64,000 bases of DNA from Eledone cirrhosa (taxonomy: Eukaryota), in contig OZ024742.1 of NCBI GenBank assembly GCA_964016885.1, positions 292,454,001 to 292,518,000 of the forward strand. Reading direction: 5' to 3'. The notes beneath the pieces are model-generated. The model searched no databases and was not told the origin of the DNA. It saw only the letters and a program-made list of their open reading frames with translations. Position 1 is the stretch's first letter. Each line of letters begins with the position of its first letter. A program made the translations under genes and the position numbers. Below, one piece after another: positions 38,347 through 50,781 of this stretch.

Positions 38347-40447
38347 TCAGATCAGATGTGATTTCAGGTGAGGACAACATCTGAAGATCTCGGTCTTGGA
38401 GTTCAGGCAAGTTGAAGTGGCTTTCAAGTTTTGTAGAATCCTAAATTTTTCAGTGGTACACAAAGAACAATTCTTTGTGCCCCTTTGGTATTCCATCGAA
38501 TGGTCTAAAATAGACCAATCGATAGAGTACGGGATGTTTTTTTTTATTTTTGAATTCCCACACCTTATTTGCGAAAGCCGTTGCTGTTCTTTTATCAGAG
38601 TGTTTAAAAGAAGCGACATGTGCATAAAACCTGGTTTTGAACCTGTCCTGAGTCATGCCAACATATCGTTCACTCCTGGCTGGCTGGTTGTTAATCAAAG
38701 GTGTCACTTTGGCCTCATATACAACGGATTTGGTATTACATTTGCCCTGTAATGGGCATTCATCCGGCTTCCTGCAACTGCATCCTGGATTTATTTTCGT
38801 ACGATTAGAATTGCTGATTTTAGACTTCATTGATGGGCAGCAAGTGTAACTGATTTTAACTACATTTCTATTAAATATCTTATAATATCTATGATTAGGA
38901 GGAAAATGTTTGTCTAAGAGGTCAAGGAATTTCCTTCCTACATTAGTTTTGACAGTTAGAGAGAAGGGGGGGGTGTAAACCAAATAATTTTCCTTTTCCT
39001 ATTATTGTGATTAGTTTTAGGGGGAGGAGTAGGTAAATATTTAATGTGTTCTGTAAAGCCGCTGTTATTAAGGGCTTTATTATAATAAGGGGCGGCTTTG
39101 TTAAAAATGTCTAGAGACGAAGATAAGGTAGAAATCCTACGGCTAATATTGGGAATAATATTTTTTAAAACTATAGGGGGATGGCAAGACTCTTTGTGTA
39201 TATATCTAAGATTTTCGTTAGGTTTATGATAAGGTTTAAAAGAGGCAGTAAGTAGATCAAGATTAATGTCAAGAAAGTTAGCATTGGTAAGGTTCGTATC
39301 TATAGTAATTTTAAGGTTTAGATTAGCAAAAGTATTGATTAAATCTTTACGGAATTTATCAAGGTTATGGCCGTTGGTGATATGAGAAACTGCCAATCCG
39401 TCGTCACGATATAAACCGATATTATGGGAAGGAAATGTCTCCTTAAGGGTGTGGAGAAGGAATAATCCTACTAAGTCACACACATCCGCACTGTCATATG
39501 AACCCATTGCAACATCAAAAGAGTTTTCGGGGTTTTACTTTTTAACCCAAATACTTTCATTAGTAAAGAGTAGAGTTTTCCTAGCATGAAAGATAATGTC
39601 TTCTTCTAATTTAGAAATATTAATGAAGGATCTTGCAAAATCTAAGGCTTTAGTTAATAAGGAAACAGTAATAGAGGGGTAAAACTCAACAATATCAAAT
39701 TGGGTAAATCTACACTTATTTTTACCTTGTATATTATTAAACCAAGAAATAACAGAGGATGTATTTAACCATTGTGATAAATCAGTCTTAGTTCTAATTT
39801 GGAGAATTATTTTTCTTAAGATTTTTTTTACTTGCAAGGCCAACTTCGGATTTAGCCGGGTTAATCAGTCTACAGCTAGGTCGATTAGTAAAGTCTAATT
39901 TATGGTCTTTAAGGGTAATATATACTTTACGTTTAGCTAGGCTTTCAATCCGCTTATCTATTTTTAAAGAACTAGCTAGTTCTTTAGCTTCTTTATTAAT
40001 AGTATTGTAGGTGTTATTATTAGTTAATTGATATTTGTTGGTGATACTATTAGTTAAAAGTTGGTTATACAAAATACTATTAACTTCAAAGAGATTTTTA
40101 GTTTTATCGGAAAGAACAAAAGTGTTTGTAGAATTTTTAAAATTAGAAATATCGTTAGAAAGTTTAGTTTGAAAATTATTATTGTACTTACGAAATTTGA
40201 TATCACTAATTAAATTAACAAGGTCTAATTCGAAGTTGGCCATGTCTTTAATTCTAGGTGGGTATTTACGGGATTTTATGTCAAAACAATCATTTGTATC
40301 AGCACTGAATAGTCCATCGTAAACCATTGCCTTCCATCTCATTCTTTTAACGACTTGTTCGATTTTATCTATAAGCAGTTTGGTATAAGTTGTGTTGGAA
40401 GGAGTAGGTATATTTTTTATTGAATAATCCAATTCATAAAGGTCCAT
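38347..40447 (-). pseudogene. PLE polyprotein: RT plus C-terminal GIY-YIG endonuclease (Naiad-like); 3 homopolymer frameshifts and 1 in-frame TAA
   Basis: KRMRWKA, SDKTKN, RLINPAKSE, FDIVEFYPSI, MGSYDSA, LYRDDGL, FLDI; CSC...CPLQGKC, VVY..YVGMT..FKTR..H; CSLCTTEK, LNSKTE..CPH. Confidence 0.9.
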
Positions 40448-40660
40448 GATGTATGTTGGTTAAATTCCTGAAAACTGTAGAGTGCTCAACTAATCGGGCT
40501 GGAAATTGCCAATCATATATGTAATATAGAATATGCTTCAATCAATCCCGGTTGGAGCTGCATAAATGAAGTAATTCCATCGGAAAGGTCCAGGAAAAAA
40601 GAGTGCTCTATGTAAGTTACAGAGCTTAATAGTTATGTAATAAACAACATAAGATAATTA

Positions 40661-40721
40661 TTTCATTTACCGGTGGTTTCTTGAAAGCAAACAAAATTTG
40701 CTTTCAGTCATCAGGATGAAA
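40661..40721 (-). ncRNA. Type I hammerhead ribozyme (family 3), upstream pLTR, about 215 nt before the ATG
   Basis: Same as 36565-36625 with stem III CC(acc)GG and one stem I mismatch. Confidence 0.7.
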
Positions 40722-41008
40722 AAATCCTGGTGTATTTATTGACAGTAGATTTTAAAAACAAAAATATAATCTATATGAAAGTGAGGCTGGAAAAGGAAGA
40801 AGGAAAGAAAAAAGAATAAATATAAAAGTAGATAAACACACATGCACACACGCACACACACATATACATACACACATATATACATATATATACATATATA
40901 TATATATATATATTCATACACACATATATACACATACACATATATATATATATACATACATATATATATATACATATCCATACATACACACAAACACACA
41001 CACACATG

Positions 41009-41053
<45 letters not shown>

Positions 41054-41433
41054 TTAAACATACATATATACAGACATACATATACACACACATACATACA
41101 CATATATACACGCATACATACGCACACACACATATATAGATATATGTACACACACCTACATACGCACACACACAATTAATTATAAGAAAAAATAATAAGA
41201 AAAAATAAAAATAAAAAACAATGGACGACCATATAATGCAATAGGCCGTCACATAAAAATAAAAATTAAAAATATACGACTTAAGAAAATGAAAATAAAA
41301 ATTATTATAAAGTTGACAGCGATACAGGAAAGGACACAAATAAATAAACAAACACACGTGGTAAGCAATACACACATTTACACATACACATATACACATA
41401 TAAATATATACATACACACACACACATACACAC

Positions 41434-41506
<73 letters not shown>

Positions 41507-41769
41507 TATATACACATATATACATGTATGCATATACACACACACATACATATATATATATAAAATACATAAATATTATATATATATATAAAAATAAAAA
41601 GGTGGAAGGGGTAAACAAATAGTTGGGAATACGACAATTAATAAATAAATAATAAATAAATAGATAAAGGTATAAATGTTTATAGCTGATTTAGAGCACT
41701 CAACAAGTTCCTGGAGCAAATAATCAATGAAAATAAACATTAAATCACTCTGTATGTAATTATGCATAT

Positions 41770-41839
<70 letters not shown>

Positions 41840-41892
41840 CCATACAAATACACACATATATACATACCAAAATCAATATACTGATTGCGGAT

Positions 41893-42573
41893 TTGGTACG
41901 GGTGATGAGAAACGTGTGCAACCCCAAAGAACTAGAGAGACACATACAACACTTCATCCACTGTATGCAGTTAGAAAGAACTAGGAATAAGGTTAATAGA
42001 AAAAACTCATCGTATGATACCAATAAATACCAGAGTGTAATGTTCATCGATACAACCCCTAGAGGTGAATTAGCTTACAAATTTAGAAGGGCCCTAGATA
42101 AACATAAACTCAATATTAAGATAGTAGAAAGACCAGGTACCTCCATAAAAACACTTATTAGCAATACATACCCTTTTCAAAGACCTCCCTGTATAGATAA
42201 GAAATGTATAATCTGTAAACTAAGCCCCCATATTAACTGTAAAACTAGAAATGTAGTATATAGCATAAGATGTACTGAAGGACAATGTAGAGATAAGAAT
42301 ATAGTGTACATAGGTGAGACAGCTCGTATTATAGGGGAACGGATAAATGAACACTGGCGAGAGCTTCAAGATAGTAAAGAAACATCTGTACTCCACCAAC
42401 ATGCTAAAATAGAACATAAGGGTAAATTAGAGAACATAGAAATAAAAATAGAATCTACACACAGAAAAGACGCAATGTTTAGACAAATCACAGAGGCAAT
42501 AAACATAAATGAACTCCAACCAAAATTAAATAGAAAACATGAATGGAACAGCAACATCACAACTTACAATTAA
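41893..42573 (+). pseudogene. GIY-YIG endonuclease C-terminal fragment of a PLE
   Basis: VVY/YIG motif pair with an upstream Cys-rich linker; RT absent. Confidence 0.85.
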
Positions 42574-42771
42574 GGACAAAATGAAAACACACACACACAT
42601 AGAACAAACAACCAACCTGTAACATGTAAATAAACAAATAAATAAACAAATATAAACACACAGACACCCCGCATGTAACACATGCGCAAACTAAGCACAC
42701 AACACACACAAAAATAAGATGGCGTATGACAGAACAAAGGAGAGGCACAAAAACAAAGAAAAGAATCCCCA

Positions 42772-42814
42772 GTCACTGAAGAGGTCACAGAATGTGTGAC
42801 GAAAGAAATTTGAC
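42772..42814 (+). ncRNA. Minimal type I hammerhead ribozyme (family 1, second copy)
   Basis: GTCA-CTGAAGA-G-GTCACA(gaatg)TGTGAC-GAAA-gaaa-TT-TGAC; variable core position 7 differs from copy 1; stem III weakened. Confidence 0.55.
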
Positions 42815-43021
42815 AATATATGAACAATCGTCTGGTTGTGGAACCAACCAACCAACCAGAAATTTATAAATTCCTAAAGTTATAAATTTAATTTATAATA
42901 AATTGAAGTGAAGCAACTGGTGCGTGTGTTTCTTATTAGCAACATGACCCTCCCAAAGTATAACAATATCGGTTTCAACACACGTTTTCAGATAAAGAAT
43001 CTTGCTAAACAAATTCAGAAA

Positions 43022-43072
<51 letters not shown>

Positions 43073-43076
<4 letters not shown>

Positions 43077-43124
43077 AAAAAGTATGACCCCGACGGCAGA
43101 GCTCAAGCCGTTTCGACGGCTATT
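43073..43124 (-). mobile_element. 52-bp hammerhead-half mini-element in (TA)n
   Basis: Same ends and nearly the same sequence as 37828-37879. Confidence 0.72.
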
Positions 43125-43276
43125 ATATATATATATATATAATATATGGAAAGTTATATTTAAATTGTTGGGTTACAACGAGTAAATATTTATAACTGAT
43201 ATAAAAGCACTCAACAAGTATTTGGAGTATATTTACGATATTAAATAAATGGAAATTATATTTATAAAACCATATT

Positions 43277-43342
43277 TATTTCATTATATATATTTCAGGG
43301 ATAACATATTAAAAATATGTTATGCCTTCTTCAGACAAAATA
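43277..43342 (-). ncRNA. Type I hammerhead ribozyme (family 2 variant) in pLTR fragment 43147-43440
   Basis: Revcomp TATTTTGT-CTGAAGA-AGGcATAACATATT(ttt)AATATGTTATcCCT-GAAA-TATATA-TA^ATGAAATA. Confidence 0.8.
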
Positions 43343-44329
43343 CAATATAAACAGTCTTATAAATAAATAGATTCGACATACCTTTCAACTTCGACTTGCA
43401 TTTGAAAAGTTGATTTGGTAGTAAAAATATTATGGACAGTTGTAAAAAGAAAAAAAAAAAGAAAGAAAAAAAGAAAGAAAGAAAGACGAAGAAAAAGAAG
43501 AAATGCATGCAACTAAATAGAGAGAGATAGAAAGATAGATAGAGAGAAGAAATTCATGTAAAGAAACAAAGAGAGATATATAGAGAGAGGAAAAAAAAAA
43601 AGAGGGAGATAGATAGAGAGAGATAGAGAGAAGAGAGAGAGAGAGAGAGAGAAAATATAGAGAGATAGATATAGATAGAGATAGAGAGAAAGAAAACTAG
43701 GTAGTTGAGCACCAGTTGAATGACGTATCAATGATACATTTATTTATTTATTTATTTATTTAGCTCTAGTATTAATGTAGAGAGAGATATATGTTGTTAG
43801 GAGAGAAAAACAGCGGTTATATAGAGAGAAAAGAAAAATAACCAGACATAAACGAGGCAGATTTAAAACACTATGTCTCATCCATGTAGAAATATTAATT
43901 CGTATAAAACAGGCATTATAGTGTAAATATCAGTATTCATGAATGAGACGTATCTATAATGTGTGAGAAAATAATGATCATATGTCTAGTTTAAAAATTC
44001 ATAGGTTTATATCAGAGTTGGGATAAAATAGGTTATCCCAGATTCGATACTATAGACATCCATGTGAATTTACGTGATCAGCTCTGCAAATTCCTACTTC
44101 ACACGAAAGCATTCTCATTGTGCTATAAAAATTCTAGTATACATATACGTGTACATACACATATATATATTTAGAGTCTATATTAATTTTAACAATACTA
44201 TTCTTGTCTTTACTCTACATGATTATCGTTCAAGCAGAAATAGAGAACAGATATCAATATATTAATAAAAATATCAGAAACAAAAAATAAATAAACAGAA
44301 GTATATATTAAGTATATATATAATATATA

Positions 44330-44757
44330 TATATATATATAAATATATACATATATATAAAAATACACATATACACACACACACACTAATATACACACAC
44401 ACTTATATACAAAAAGTTACATCACCACCTTAATAAAAATACACACACCCATATAAACACACACACACACATATATATATACACATACATATACATACAG
44501 ATATATATAATTATATACACACATACATATACATACAGATATATATAATTATATACACATATATATATACATATATATATATATACATATATACACATAT
44601 ACACAACACATACATACACACAGAAATAAATATCTATAAATAAAAAAGGTGGGTATGTAAAGGGTAAGGTAGAAAGTAGGGGGGAATAAGGAAAATTTAT
44701 AACATAGGAAAAAGTTTAAATATAAGGGGAGATAAGGGAGAAAAAGTATATAAGAGT
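44330..44757 (-). mobile_element. Solo copy of the Naiad-like PLE 3' UTR
   Basis: Direct repeat of 37880-38275. Confidence 0.8.
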
Positions 44758-44822
44758 ACAGAAAATATATATATATATTAATTCAAAATATTAATAAATA
44801 TAGACATTCATGTGATCAAATA

Positions 44823-44888
44823 TATTTTATTATATATATTTCAGAGGTACTGTGCTGTTTCCTCAGTACGACCTCATCAGATAAAATA
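44823..44888 (-). ncRNA. Type I hammerhead ribozyme (family 2 variant)
   Basis: Revcomp TATTTTAT-CTGATGA-GGtcGTACTG(11 nt)CAGTACctCT-GAAA-TATATA-TA^ATAAAATA. Confidence 0.75.
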
Positions 44889-45009
44889 AATTGATGTCTG
44901 ACATACCTCAACTGTGCTGATGGTTCAATTCCAGTCTTGGCAGTGATTAGTTATGACAAAACTCAATATTTATATACCATAAGCAGTAACATGACAAACT
45001 ACATGTTAT

Positions 45010-46898
45010 ATCATCATCCTCATCATCATCATCACTGTTTTACTTCCGTTCTTCCATGCCAGCATGGGTTAGACAGGTTGTCCTGTTGTGGGTAGTGTCT
45101 GGTCGGCTGACCATGCCTTGCTCATACAGGAACTGATTTTGGCTTGATTTCTACAGCTGGATGCCCTTCCTAACACCAACCTCATTTACAGTGAGTGCTG
45201 GGTGCTTTTTCCATGGCGCCTACACGTCCACTTTACAGTGTGGGCTGGGTGCTTTTTTGCTGTGGCACCTCCACGATCACTTTGCAGTGGGAGGGTGTGG
45301 GGGCATATTGTCTATATGCTTCAGCTTGTACCCATGGGAGGTCGGGTACTCTGTATTACTGCGTGACGCCAGAGGTCACGGTCATGTGTCATCGCCTTTG
45401 AGAGGTGTCATTGGGTAAGATCGGTTTATCACCTCATCCCAGGTCTTCTTGAGTCTCCCCACTCCGTGGTTCCCATTGACTTCTAGTGCTCTGCACCTTT
45501 TTATGCAGCTGTCATCCTTCATACGCATCACATGTCCATACCAACGCAACCGCCTCTCCTGCACACAGCATTTGATTCCTCTTATGCTCAGTCTCTCACT
45601 CAATTCATTTATGCTTTGCCATTCGCGTATATTACTATTACACATCCATCAGAGCATGCAGGCTTCGTTTCTTTCTAATCTACGTAAGTCTTCCACCTTC
45701 AGCGCCCAGGTCTCACTACCATGTAACATTGCTGTTTGGATACACGCATCATATAGTCTGTCTTTCATTTTGAGGGAGAAACCTTTTGCAGCTAGCAGTG
45801 GCAGTAGTTCCCTGAACTTCTTCCATCCCGTTCTTACCCAAGTTATTGTACTTTCTGAACACCCACCTCTGCTGCTAATTTGGTCACCTAGGTAGCAGAA
45901 GCTGTCTACTGTTTCTACAGAGCCCTCCCATAAATTGGTGGTACTTGTTTCCTGTGGCTGTTTGCTGCTTGCTGTCCCAGCACAACTGCTGCACGTGAAG
46001 CCTACATTCTTAATTAAGCTTCCTGAGATCCCGCTACATCTCTTTTGTACCCATTGTTTGGCAGAGAATGGAGTTCCTACCTACACCTTTCCTACATACT
46101 GAGCAAGGCCATTTCCCTGAGGGGATCTGGGTTCTGTTTTCTCGACTACTTACAAGGACCTTAGTCTTTGTCATGTTGACTTTGAGACTTTTTCTTTCTA
46201 GTCCCTGCTTCCAAGTTTGGAATTTCGTCTCTAGTTCTACCATAGATTCAGCTATAAGTGCGAGGTCATCTGCATACAGGAGTTCCCATGGGCATCCGGT
46301 CTTAAACTCCTCCGTTATTGCCTGCAGGACTATGATGAACAGGAGAGGGCTAAGAACAGAGCCCTGGTGGACACCAACCTGATGCTAAATTCCTCGCTAT
46401 ACTCATTGCCAATCCTAACTTTGCTGACTGCTCCCCTATACATGGCTTGTACAGCTTTCACAAGCCATTCATCTACTCCTAGTTTTCTAAGAGCCCACCA
46501 GATTATAGCACATGGAACTCTGTCAAAGGCTTTCTCGAGATCGATGAATGCCAGGTAGAGTGGATTACTTTTAGCTAGGTACTTTTCCTGTAACTGCCTC
46601 ACAAGGAAGAGGGCATCAGTGGTGCCTCTTCTTGGTACAAACCCAAATTGCATCTCATCTAGTTTCACCCGGTCCCTAATCAACTGTGCTATAACTCTTT
46701 CTGTTACTTTCATGACCTGGTCCATCAGCTTTATACCTCTAAAGTTTCCTCTATCTCGTGCATCACCTTTACCTTTGTAGCAGTTGACAATGATGCTACT
46801 GCACCAATCTTTTGGTATGACACCTTCTAGTATTACCTGGTTAACAATAAATGTGGTTATAGTGTGACCTACAGACCCAGATGCCTTCAACATCTCGG
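45010..46898 (-). mobile_element. RTE LINE, subfamily B, 5'-truncated and frameshifted
   Basis: RT motifs (NFRGIKL, FIDLEKAFD, LYADD), Cys-rich insert, RLRWYGHV, long 3' UTR and (TGA)n tail. Confidence 0.9.
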
Positions 46899-47761
46899 TA
46901 TATATATATATATACAGTATATATATATATATATTTATTTATATTTATATTTATATATTATATTATATTAAATTATATCATATTATATATTATATTTTAT
47001 TATTTATGTTAATACACAGAACAAAAGCGGTACCTCAAGTTTCAAGGCCCAATATTGACCATTTCTCCAGAATGTAAGAAGGATCAAAATTGTGACCTAC
47101 CTTCAGGCGCTTATATAAGTTTTTATATATATATATATAAATATATATATATATGTGTATATGTATATCATCATCATCAACGTTTAACGTCTATCTTCCA
47201 CGCTAGCATGGGTTTATATATGTGTGTGTGTGTATATATGTATGTGTATATATATGTGTGTGCGTATATGTATGTGTATATGGATGTGTGTGTATATATA
47301 TATATATATGTATATACACACACATCCATATACACATACTTATACACATACATATATGCACATACATTACACATATATATATACACATACATATATACAC
47401 ATATAATTCTATAGAACCTAACAAGCTTGTTATACAAACGTATTGGAAAAGGCGAAAACATTTTGGTATTGGAATTTTCAATTTTAGATAATGATAGTGG
47501 TTATTGAAAAAAGCGATTATCAAAATATTCCTGTTAACAAGGGAATACAGTAAATTTTACGAGATTACAATGTAAAGTGAAACAACTACTATTGTTGTCA
47601 ACTAAGGACAAGACTGGTGATATCTTATTTATAGACATTCAATGGTTCCAATAGTAAAGAGAATTGATCTTTCTGTGTTGGCCTATTTTTCTCAACTGAG
47701 ATACAGGAGTGAAATTACTGTAAACTGGTACAGGAGACATTCGTTTTTATACTTTGGGAGA

Positions 47762-47941
47762 CAGTGCCAGATTTACCATTGTGCTTGTGTGTGCTTAAGC
47801 ACAGGGCCCCATTGGCCAAGGGGGTGCTTATCTTCCTGCAAAAAAAAAAATTTTTCACTGGGCCTACCTCAATCCGGGCCCAAGTAAGAGACCGCATAAC
47901 TTAACTAGCAAAGGGCCTCATTTGTTCTAAATCCGGCACTG
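47762..47941. mobile_element. hAT-like MITE, 180 bp
   Basis: TIR CAGTGCCAGATTTA / TAAATCCGGCACTG; imperfect 8-bp flanks TTGGGAGA / TTGGAGGG. Confidence 0.7.
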
Positions 47942-48769
47942 TTGGAGGGTTCTACTAATAATCAAAAACACATACACTATTTGCATTTTACTTCAGTTAT
48001 AATAATTTTTATTTGAAAGAAAAATATGCTTTATCCATAGTCAATTGTGCAAACTAAAAGAGTGAAAAAAGAAAAAAGAGGGAAAGTGAAGAAATTGTTT
48101 TTTTTCTAATATAAAATAGGAAAGACATGAGGAATGGGCAAACTCTACAATCTTGATTGGACGGCATATCTCAGCTGTAGCCTGCAGACAAGATGACAAA
48201 ATTATTACCATGAAGAACAGCCAGTGATAGTTGCCACATTGGCCATACTATCATATAGAGCTCCTTCCTTAGGTGTTATATTCTCTACTCAATTTGACAT
48301 AGAAAAACTGCAATCTAGGGACCGGGGACACCAGAGATCTCAATTGTGAGCAGCACCAAAAGGAAATTGTTAGTCAATGTTTGATATACAGCCATCTTCC
48401 CACTGCTCCGTGTTATGACCTCCATTGTCCTCATTCCAATTTAGCCAAAGAAAATGACAGTCTGGGGACTGGGATCACTGGAGGTATCAATAATGACCAA
48501 CATATAAAGGAATTGATCAGTATTTAGTGATCTTCTGCTTCTCTGCATTGATTATTTGTCATTGAACTAATTCTTCAATCAATTGATAAAACTTGACTGA
48601 AACAGGTAGTGAATGTGTTTCGATAGGCAGTATGACCCTTCCAAAATACAACAATATTTGTTTTAGTACATGATCTCATGTCAACAATGTTACAGAACAT
48701 TTACAAAAAAGAAATTTATTACTGTTCAGAAAATATAAACTTGTTATTTTAACGTCAGTCTGCTTTGAA

Positions 48770-49270
48770 GGAAACAAGTGTATATCTCACTTGAGTACAC
48801 ATTAAACAACACACTTATGTGATAATTGGGATATTTTGTAGGAAATAAATTTATACCTCACTTGAGTACACATTAAACAGCACACTTATGTGGTAATTAG
48901 GATATTTTGTAGGAGATAAATGTATATCTCACATGAGTACACATTAACCCATTAGCATTTACATTACTCTATATATACTATTGTATTTTTGTGGTAAAGG
49001 CTTTACCTTACGTAATTATCTCACATCATATCGAATTTACGAGATTTTTATGTTATTTATTTTGAGAACAATACCTTAACATCAGTATGAACAGCCAGTT
49101 ATGGCTGGTTTAAATAGAGAGAGGTGAGAGAATTCTGGCCAAATACAGCCGATTTAAATGTTAAAGGGTTAAACAACACACTTATGTGATAAATAGGGTA
49201 TTTTATAGGAAACAAGTGTATATCTCACATGATTACACATTAAACAACACATTTATGTGATAATTAGCAG
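48770..49270. repeat. 71-bp minisatellite (4 units), third unit interrupted by a MITE
   Basis: Unit GGAAACAAGTGTATATCTCACTTGAGTACACATTAAACAACACACTTATGTGATAATTGGGATATTTTGTA. Confidence 0.88.
48948..49168. mobile_element. piggyBac-like MITE
   Basis: TTAA|CCCATTAGCATTTA...TAAATGTTAAAGGG|TTAA; homologous to 34717-34937. Confidence 0.88.
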
Positions 49271-49559
49271 TTTTAAAAATATATATGAACCTATATACAA
49301 AATGTTTACATACAATAGATATATTTTATGTGGGTTTATATATGTTTTTATTCTGAATGTTGATGTGTTAGTGATATCAGTAACTAGGTGTTTGTTTATT
49401 TTGAATAAAATATTTGTGAAGTTACTGTTTTTTATTTGTCTAGCTTTAGGTTAATTGGTAAAGTTGCTAGAGCTTTGGATTAAATGCAACAGTATTTGAT
49501 CTGTCACTGAGAACACAGATGACAACAATTTGTAGCCCTGAGGGTAAAGTAAATACCCC

Positions 49560-49880
49560 TGAATGTGCATGGGTTTGCACCTAGAAATTTCCTCTCAGAG
49601 GCACAAGACCAGGCAAGGTTTGTTTGTGAAAGACCAGCAGTCTCCCATACGTAACAGTCTCCCCTCTCCATGACACCAATGTTGTTCAAGAGAAGGGTAA
49701 ATGCTGATACAGCTTGGCACTAGTGACACAACAACTGATTGTTTCCAGCTGAGTGAACTGGAGCAACATGAAATAAAGTGTCTTGCTCAAGGACACAATG
49801 CACCACACAATTTGAAAACTGAACTCACAACCTCATGATTGTGAGTCCAATGCACTAACCCTTAAGCTACATGCCTTCAC
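49560..49880 (-). mobile_element. tRNA/CORE-like SINE
   Basis: Reverse-complement homologue of 20057-20385. Confidence 0.75.
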
Positions 49881-50781
49881 TACCCTAAGTGTAATGTACC
49901 TGTAATTCAAAGGCCCAGTCTTGTCACACACTGTCATGTTGAATCTCCCTGAGAATTATGTTAAAGCTACATGTTGTCTATGGAATGTTCAACCACTTAC
50001 ACGTTAGTTTCACTATCAGGCTATTCCATTGATCAAACAACTGAAACATTCATAATTGAATCTGTGAGCAGTCCATTCCTTTCCAGGGTGTGATTTGAGG
50101 AATATTTCACTGCTATTTCAACAAAGCATGTTGTCTGATGCTCTACCAATACTGCGAATCCTCCTAGTAATATAACTAACTTTCTCTTATTAATTTGGTG
50201 TTAGAACATAACCAAACAAAGGTTTTATATAAAACGATGACCAATATAAACACTTTAAAACAAACAGCTTTGTATGATAAATTTCTGACAGTTTAGCATC
50301 CAAAGGGTTTAGATTCAATGATGTGCTGCTCTGGAGTCTGCACTCTGGGTTGCTGCCTAGTTGGCCTCAGTCGTTAACATTGGTCATACTTATATGTCTA
50401 TATAACTGTTAACGTGAGAGACATTATAGTTTGTCTATCTTTCACAGCTGGAGTCACAATATAAATGTGATAATGTGATAACATTCGGAAAAAAAAAACA
50501 TTCTCTTTTAGTATTGTTTAGTATGTTTGCGTGTTTGTTGTTGTTGTTGTTTTGTTGGTTTTTTTTTGACAAAATAGGAAAAAAAATGTTGAATTTATTA
50601 ATTATGAGAAAATTTATCTCACAAAGCCAGGAGGCTGTTTTGTTTAAATATACTTAGGCTATATGACTGTCTCACCCACCACAACACACACGTGCATACA
50701 TAAACGTATGTTAAATGATGATGACAATATATATATGTGTGTGTGTGTGTGTATGTGTGTGTATGTATATGTATATATATA

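Larger units (their letters stand above)
36542..41865 (-). mobile_element. Penelope-like retroelement (Naiad-like) with direct pLTR-type repeats on both sides
   Basis: RT + GIY-YIG ORF flanked by repeats 36542-36765 = 40638-40860 and 37535-37800 = 41560-41860; the first repeat pair carries a HHR. Confidence 0.85.
41870..43025 (+). mobile_element. Second PLE family, 5'-truncated: GIY-YIG domain plus 3' UTR/pLTR
   Basis: CIDKKCIIC...CKTRNVVYSIRC...C...YIGET..R...RINEH...EA..I...P.LN; UTR matches 1-270. Confidence 0.85.

Noticed and set aside
38330-38800. Selenocysteine recoding/SECIS in the Naiad-like element
   Set aside because: Conserved Cys positions use normal codons, the only in-frame stop is TAA, and no convincing SECIS was seen after the terminal TGA
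47030-47077. Minus-strand CTGGAGA...GAAA-CTTGAGG-TA hammerhead-like motif
   Set aside because: Core A6 is mutated, stem II is weak and there is no stem I
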